A stretch of 41,804 bases of DNA, from positions 1 through 41,804 of the forward strand of contig JAZRQH010000049.1 in NCBI GenBank assembly GCA_045649645.1, in the 5' to 3' direction. Made by a program: the position numbers and the translations under genes. Below, one piece after another: positions 36,707 through 41,804 of the stretch. Positions within the stretch are counted from its first letter, which is position 1. Every line of letters starts with the position of its first letter. The notes below the pieces were generated by a model that had not been told where the DNA came from, searched no databases, and saw only the letters and a list, made by a program, of their open reading frames with translations. This DNA comes from Eubacteriales bacterium (lineage in GTDB: Bacteria; Bacillota; Clostridia; Oscillospirales; CAG-272).

Positions 36707-38249
36707 CCATGGTATGTTCATTTCTGTTGATAATGTAGTAGTTTTCTTTATCAAAATTAAAGCTGTAAATATATAAATTATTACCTCTGCAACCCTTGAA
36801 TTTTCCGTCATCTGAGTTTATAATATCCCTTAAGTGCTCGGTGTACAGTCCCTGAAGCTCCTTAGGGGGATTTTTGTTTTCGTGTATCAGGGTGTCAAGG
36901 GCAAGCTTGCCCAATGCTGTTTCATCTTTGCGTAGTATATCTACAAGCATCATTCTGCATTCGTGCTGGGAGCACTTTTCAAGTCCCTTTATTTGCATAT
37001 CACAAAGCGCGGAAAAGAACCTAAAGGGTGACTTAACTGTCCGAAGCACGTATTCCATAGTGTTTTCGAATCGGCCGCTTGAATAAAACCTGTCTATCGT
37101 TGCGGCTATGCGCTTGAGACGGTATAGCTCGTTGTAGGACATATAATTATTTGAAAGCACCGTGTAGGGTGAGTCGCTTTCGTATATATATCCGTGTTCA
37201 TCCGAGCCGTTTCTTATATACGAACCCCTAAGCATTTTAAGAAAGCCTAACTGCAACTTGTGACAGCAGGATATAGCACTGTCAAAGGATTTTGCAAAGC
37301 TGTCGATATCCTCGTAGGGAAGGCCTGCGATCAGATCGGCATGGATATGAATGTTGCCGTATGACTTTAATCTTGTCAGATTTTCTATTACTTGTGAACT
37401 GTCTGTTTTTCTGTTGATGGCGACAAGTGTCTTTGGGTTGGTGCTCTGTATACCTGCTTCGAACTGGATCTTACCCGACGGCATTTTTGACAGTATCTCA
37501 TAGCATTCCTCATCCAGCAGATCCGCCGCTATCTCAAAGTGGTAGTTGAGCGTGTATTCGTCAGAGCACAGTGCTTTCCATATCTTCTTTGCACGTGCAA
37601 TGTCGTAGTTGAAGGTGCGATCGATGAATTTTATTATTCTCGGTTTGCTTTCCAGCTTCTCAAATTGCTTTAACTCTGCAAGTGTCTGCTCTGCGCTCTT
37701 TGCCCTTATACCTTGGGACAGAGAGGATAGGCAGTAACTGCATCGGTAAGGACAACCTCTTACTGATTCGTAATAAAGTATGTCACCCACCGCAGGATAT
37801 ACGTCGTAGAGTATACCCATCTCTGTGAAGTCATTGCGGCATAAACCGTCTACGATCCTGTATTCTTCGGGAGAACTGCATATATCAGCTATGACTGCTT
37901 CACCTTCGCTGCGTATAAGTATATCAACGTAGGGGTGCTCTGCAAGGAACTCTTCGTTTTCAAAGCTGACCTCGGGTCCACCGAAGATTATGTAGGAGTC
38001 GGGCATGAGCTTTTTCAGGTCTCTTGCATATGACAACATCTCGTTTATATTCCATATATAGACCGAAAATGCGTAAATATGAGATTCTGTGCGTACAAGC
38101 TCGTGCAAAACTCTTGCTTTTTTGTCCTTTAGGGTGTATTCTAATATATGGGTGTCAAAACCCCTCTTATCAAGTGCGGATGCAAGATATCTTACCGCAA
38201 GGTTGGTATGTGTAAATGATGAATTTAACGCAAACAGAGTAACTTTCAA
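36687..38249 (-). CDS. B12-binding radical SAM protein (DUF4080-type)
   Basis: HTNLAVRYL, SVYIWN, GGPEVS, RGCPYRCSYC, DRTFN and DLIAGLP. TTG start follows AGGAG. Confidence 0.88.
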   Translation of the reverse strand: MKVTLFALNSSFTHTNLAVRYLASALDKRGFDTHILEYTLKDKKARVLHELVRTESHIYAFSVYIWNINEMLSYARDLKKLMPDSYIIFGGPEVSFENEEFLAEHPYVDILIRSEGEAVIADICSSPEEYRIVDGLCRNDFTEMGILYDVYPAVGDILYYESVRGCPYRCSYCLSSLSQGIRAKSAEQTLAELKQFEKLESKPRIIKFIDRTFNYDIARAKKIWKALCSDEYTLNYHFEIAADLLDEECYEILSKMPSGKIQFEAGIQSTNPKTLVAINRKTDSSQVIENLTRLKSYGNIHIHADLIAGLPYEDIDSFAKSFDSAISCCHKLQLGFLKMLRGSYIRNGSDEHGYIYESDSPYTVLSNNYMSYNELYRLKRIAATIDRFYSSGRFENTMEYVLRTVKSPFRFFSALCDMQIKGLEKCSQHECRMMLVDILRKDETALGKLALDTLIHENKNPPKELQGLYTEHLRDIINSDDGKFKGCRGNNLYIYSFNFDKENYYIINRNEHTMEKRCIK

Positions 38250-38276
38250 AATATTTCTCCTAAGCTTAGTTGATCT

Positions 38277-38305
38277 ATTTTACCATACCAAAACAATTTT
38301 ATCAA
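38277..38305 (-). promoter_or_regulatory. Sigma-A promoter of the radical SAM gene
   Basis: TTGATA-17-TAAAAT with TG extension. Confidence 0.6.
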
Positions 38306-39312
38306 GTGAATATTTCCTTTATAAGCTTTTCCTGATATTCTTCCTTAAGTGAAAAATCCATAGCTGATATGTATATCTTCTCAAGTGCAAAATGCTCATT
38401 TTCTATTTTTGCAAGCAGGGAATAAGCGTCTGACAGTAGCTGATCTTTTCTGAGTTCTGCGTTGCCGTCGAGGGTGATGCTCTTTGATATAAAGTCATCC
38501 AGATCTATCTCTTCTCCGCAGTCGGTGTTAATGCAGAAGAGCACCTTATCCAAAGGAAGATATAACATATTTACTTTGTTTGTGTCGAGCGCATCATAGG
38601 ATACCGTGATCTCACTGTCGCAGAGTGTTTTAAGTATATTACCGAGGAAGATATGTCCTATGCCGTAGCTATCCTTCAGGTTATATATGACCTCCGCTTC
38701 ATCCTTGTACGGCTCAAATCTGTGATATCCCTTCATGGTGATGCCGTCGATCAGGCGTACTGATCTTCTGCCTCTGCGCTGGGGGATCACGTCGGTATAA
38801 GATCTTGTAAGGATATTAAGCGCCTGAATATCTGTAATCTCCGTTAAAGCACGATGGTGTACTCGGTCAAGAGTAAGAGCGGCGTTGAGATATGAATATA
38901 CGTCCTTATACAGACACATCTTTAGGTTAGCCGATTCTGTGATATGCTCCTGTGAGGACTTAAGTATATTTTTGTTCCAGAACCTGCCGAGATCGATTAT
39001 CTCATCGGTTACTCCCGGATACTTTGGGTCGGCTGTATGAGGAGCGGTACCGTCACTTATCCCCACCGACAATTCCTTTATTATCACACCGTCAAGGGAA
39101 TACGGATCACTTGAGCAGTAGAATCTTTCTACGCTCATACCCTTACTTTGCGCTTCCTTTGCTACGGCCTTCATAAGTGAGCTTTTGCCTGTTCCCGGAC
39201 CCCCCTTGATGATGTAATGCTTGTTTAAGCCCTTGAATATATCCCCATAAAAATTTATAAATCCGCGACCTGAGTTAGCGGATGCAAAGAAATTCAATTC
39301 CGAATTACTCAT
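38302..39312 (-). CDS. PRK06851-family P-loop ATPase (uncharacterised, spore-former associated)
   Basis: FASANSGRGF, IKGGPGTGKS, CSSDPYSLDG and DGTAPH. ATG at 39312 follows GAGGTG. Confidence 0.8.
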   Translation of the reverse strand: MSNSELNFFASANSGRGFINFYGDIFKGLNKHYIIKGGPGTGKSSLMKAVAKEAQSKGMSVERFYCSSDPYSLDGVIIKELSVGISDGTAPHTADPKYPGVTDEIIDLGRFWNKNILKSSQEHITESANLKMCLYKDVYSYLNAALTLDRVHHRALTEITDIQALNILTRSYTDVIPQRRGRRSVRLIDGITMKGYHRFEPYKDEAEVIYNLKDSYGIGHIFLGNILKTLCDSEITVSYDALDTNKVNMLYLPLDKVLFCINTDCGEEIDLDDFISKSITLDGNAELRKDQLLSDAYSLLAKIENEHFALEKIYISAMDFSLKEEYQEKLIKEIFT

Positions 39313-39356
39313 AATATCACCTCTAAGGTATATTATGCTAAAATACAATTTTTGTT
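39310..39356 (-). promoter_or_regulatory. Putative sigma-K promoter plus hairpin over SD/start
   Basis: AC-16-CATAATATA; inverted repeat CATAATAT-ACCT-tag-AGGT-g-ATATTATG. Confidence 0.45.
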
Positions 39357-39373
39357 ACCCAATAGGAGACCAA

Positions 39374-40555
39374 ATGAAGATTCTGTTTAAAAACTTCAAG
39401 ATCATCAATAAAGGAGAGATACTGTCCGAGAGCGCGCTGTCTGTGACCGACGGATTTATAGACGGATTTGTCGCATGTGACGAGAGCGGATATGACCGTA
39501 TAGTGGACGGTATGGGTGAACTCTATCTTTCTCCCGGATTTATCGATATACATACCCACGGCAGCGGCGGATATGACTTTATGGATTCGGTTGCCGAGGA
39601 ATACGACCTTGTTGCGGTCAATCACGCAAAGTACGGCTGTACGGCACTCTATCCTACAACAGTGAGCGCATCCGAGGAGGAGCTCAAGGCGTCCCTTTCT
39701 GCATTCAAAAAGGCAAAGGAAATGAAGAACGGTGCAAAGCTGCTTGGCATACATCTCGAAGGCCCTTACATTTCCAAAAACCAGAAGGGTGCTATGGACG
39801 AAAAGTATATCCGTCTTCCCGATCCCGAAGAGTATAAGGAGCTGTTTGCTCTGTCCGATGATATCGTGCGTATGACCGTTGCTCCCGAGCTTGAAGGCTC
39901 GGACGAGCTTGGTGTGTTTATGCGCGAGCATAACGTAATACCCTCCATCGGACACACAGATGCTGTCTTTACCGATATCGAGAGAGCTCACGAAAAGGGC
40001 GGCTATTCCATAATGACTCATCTATATTCCTGTATGCCTCTTACTCACCGTAAGAACGCCTGGCGTATTGCAGGAGCGGTTGAGGCAGGAATCTATCTTG
40101 ACAGTATGTATGTTGAGCTTATTGCCGACGGATGTCATCTGCCTGCCGAGATACTCAAGATGGTATACAAGTTCAAGCCTGAGGATAAGATAGTTCTTGT
40201 TACCGACTCTATGCGTGCTGCCGGTATGGGTGAAGGCATATTCCGTTTTGGAAGCTACGCCAACGGTTATGATATCGTAGTTGAGGACGGCGTTGCAAAG
40301 CTTATGGACAGAACTGCTTTTGCAGGCAGTGTTGCTACCACCGACCGTCTTGTCCGTACAATGGTGACTATGGCTGACGTCCCTGTTGAAAAAGCAGTCC
40401 GTATGCTTACCGAGAATCCTGCGCGCGCTATGGGTATATCAGATCAGTATGGTATAATAGAAAAGGGAAGAGCTGCTGACCTTACCGTGTTCGATACTGA
40501 TATTAACGTTAAATGTACACTTGTAGACGGAGTTTTTGTTCATGATGTTCTGTGA
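39374..40555 (+). CDS. nagA: N-acetylglucosamine-6-phosphate deacetylase
   Basis: PGFIDIHTHG, HLEGPY, APEL, GH, THLYS, IADGCH, LVTDS and AGS. ATG at 39374 follows AGGAG. Confidence 0.93.
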   Translation: MKILFKNFKIINKGEILSESALSVTDGFIDGFVACDESGYDRIVDGMGELYLSPGFIDIHTHGSGGYDFMDSVAEEYDLVAVNHAKYGCTALYPTTVSASEEELKASLSAFKKAKEMKNGAKLLGIHLEGPYISKNQKGAMDEKYIRLPDPEEYKELFALSDDIVRMTVAPELEGSDELGVFMREHNVIPSIGHTDAVFTDIERAHEKGGYSIMTHLYSCMPLTHRKNAWRIAGAVEAGIYLDSMYVELIADGCHLPAEILKMVYKFKPEDKIVLVTDSMRAAGMGEGIFRFGSYANGYDIVVEDGVAKLMDRTAFAGSVATTDRLVRTMVTMADVPVEKAVRMLTENPARAMGISDQYGIIEKGRAADLTVFDTDINVKCTLVDGVFVHDVL

Positions 40556-40641
40556 TGTTCATGAAAACTTCATATATATTTGATTTTCGATACATAATTT
40601 ATTGATATAATTATTTTGATTAAATATAAAGGAGAATTCCT

Positions 40642-41804
40642 ATGAAGCAGATTAAAATTATAGTTTCTCTTCTTCTTGTGCTTTGTATGCTTGTTCCTAT
40701 GAGCAGCTTTGCACTTTTTGATGATATGTATGACGTGTGTGTATGGCAGTCTACTCCTACACTTGACGGTACTATCGACAATGCAGACGGCTGGTCTGAT
40801 CCTACCGTTCTTGACAACAGTACACTTGCGGTTATCAGCCACAACAAACAGAACGCAATCGATATGAACGCTAAGTCGTATTTAGCGTATGATGAAAATT
40901 ATCTCTATTTTGCGGCTGAGATCGCTGAGTTTGGCGAAAATATGACTATCGATAATCTTCTTTGTCCTTCTGACCTTACCGAAGCTATAGACGGCGGAGA
41001 TTACGGCTTTGACGGTGACGTTTTCGCACTTACTATTGATTTACTTAACGTTCTTTCTTCCGATCCTGCAAACTACGAGAAGAACGCACCCTTCTACTGT
41101 GTAGGCTTTGACCTTGAGGGTAACGCTGCTGTTTATCATTCCAACGGCACAGCTGACGAGATCCTCAGCTCTGAGCTTGGCGAAGCATCGGTTACCTTTA
41201 CCGAGACAGGCTGGACCTTCGAGGCGCGTGTATCACTTGAAACAGTTGTAGCAGACGTTTGCGCTGCTGCAGGCATGGGTGCCGAAAATTTTGATTGGTA
41301 TGAACTCAGATTCGGCAACGTAGACTCCAGAGCTAACTTTGTATACAAGTCCAACCGCTTTGACCTTGAGGCTGAAGAGGTTATTACATACGCTGAGTAT
41401 GCCTCTGTTGCCGACACCGCACTTGACGGTATGCCCGGTTATATGCTTTACGGCTCTCCCGTTAAGTCCTTCGGTATCATATACTATCTCAACCATGAGC
41501 ATAGCGGTACAGACTTCTATTATGTATCTAATGATGATTTTGCAACCTTTGATAAAGAGGGTGTAAGGTATCTGGTTTGCGATGAATGTGCAGATTTTTA
41601 TGAAAAGGTTACAGTACCTATGATCCCCTTTACTGATGTAAAGGCAGGAATGTGGTACGAGCAAGCACTCCTTCGTTGCTATAACTGGGAATATTTTAAG
41701 GGTATGTCCGAGACTACCTTCGGTCCTAACGTTACAATGACCAGAGCCATGTTCGTTCAGGTAATTGCAAACTTCTGGGGTGTTGACACATCCGAGTACG
41801 CTTG
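40642..41804 (+). CDS. Secreted S-layer-homology protein with N-terminal CBM9/DOMON-like domain, 3'-truncated by window edge
   Basis: AAAGGAG SD; signal peptide MKQIKIIVSLLLVLCMLVPMSSFA; PTLDG..W..AYDENYLYFA..GWTFEARV; SLH motif FTDVKAGMWY...GMSETTFGPNVTMTRAMF. No stop before the window end. Confidence 0.85.
   Translation, partial: MKQIKIIVSLLLVLCMLVPMSSFALFDDMYDVCVWQSTPTLDGTIDNADGWSDPTVLDNSTLAVISHNKQNAIDMNAKSYLAYDENYLYFAAEIAEFGENMTIDNLLCPSDLTEAIDGGDYGFDGDVFALTIDLLNVLSSDPANYEKNAPFYCVGFDLEGNAAVYHSNGTADEILSSELGEASVTFTETGWTFEARVSLETVVADVCAAAGMGAENFDWYELRFGNVDSRANFVYKSNRFDLEAEEVITYAEYASVADTALDGMPGYMLYGSPVKSFGIIYYLNHEHSGTDFYYVSNDDFATFDKEGVRYLVCDECADFYEKVTVPMIPFTDVKAGMWYEQALLRCYNWEYFKGMSETTFGPNVTMTRAMFVQVIANFWGVDTSEYA

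Noticed and set aside
40531-40572. TGTTC/TGATGTTC direct repeats and an imperfect TTCATGA dyad at the end of nagA
   Set aside because: Short, partly coding and imperfect; cannot be distinguished from chance or a weak terminator.
1-41804. CRISPR arrays, prophage, transposases, defence systems, recoding or frameshifts
   Set aside because: No repeat-spacer arrays, integrase or transposase motifs, or interrupted conserved genes seen; recognisable genes appear full length.

Overview
Core-genome window from a spore-forming clostridial Firmicute (Oscillospirales/ruminococcal-like; this taxonomy is inferred from gene content and order only). In order it carries: a 5'-truncated mannitol-1-P-dehydrogenase-like gene, a queG-like gene, a lone type IIA topoisomerase B subunit directly followed by addB-addA, a D-2-hydroxyacid dehydrogenase, lon-engB-M50 protease-scpA-scpB-ytfI-ytfJ(gerW)-dacB-rluB-hypothetical, spo0A directly followed by the full spoIIIAA-AH operon, glyQS and an LCP gene, tRNA-Arg(CCU), a solitary CapD/PglF-like dehydratase, GNAT-rqcH-rluA-DUF3810, murA, a B12 radical SAM gene, a PRK06851-type ATPase, nagA and a 3'-truncated secreted SLH protein that the ORF track omits. 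I found no prophage, transposase or CRISPR. The most striking signal is regulatory. Several sporulation genes embedded among housekeeping genes have a mother-cell sigma (sigE/sigK-like) promoter whose own sequence forms the 5' arm of a hairpin masking the gene's Shine-Dalgarno. Read-through vegetative mRNA would then be untranslatable, while the sporulation transcript would be free. Other notable points are an ACG start codon for ytfI, a roughly 115-nt GC-rich structured element after spoIIIAH, and a probable leaderless rqcH operon. All calls come from reading motifs by eye; no searches or folding programs were run.
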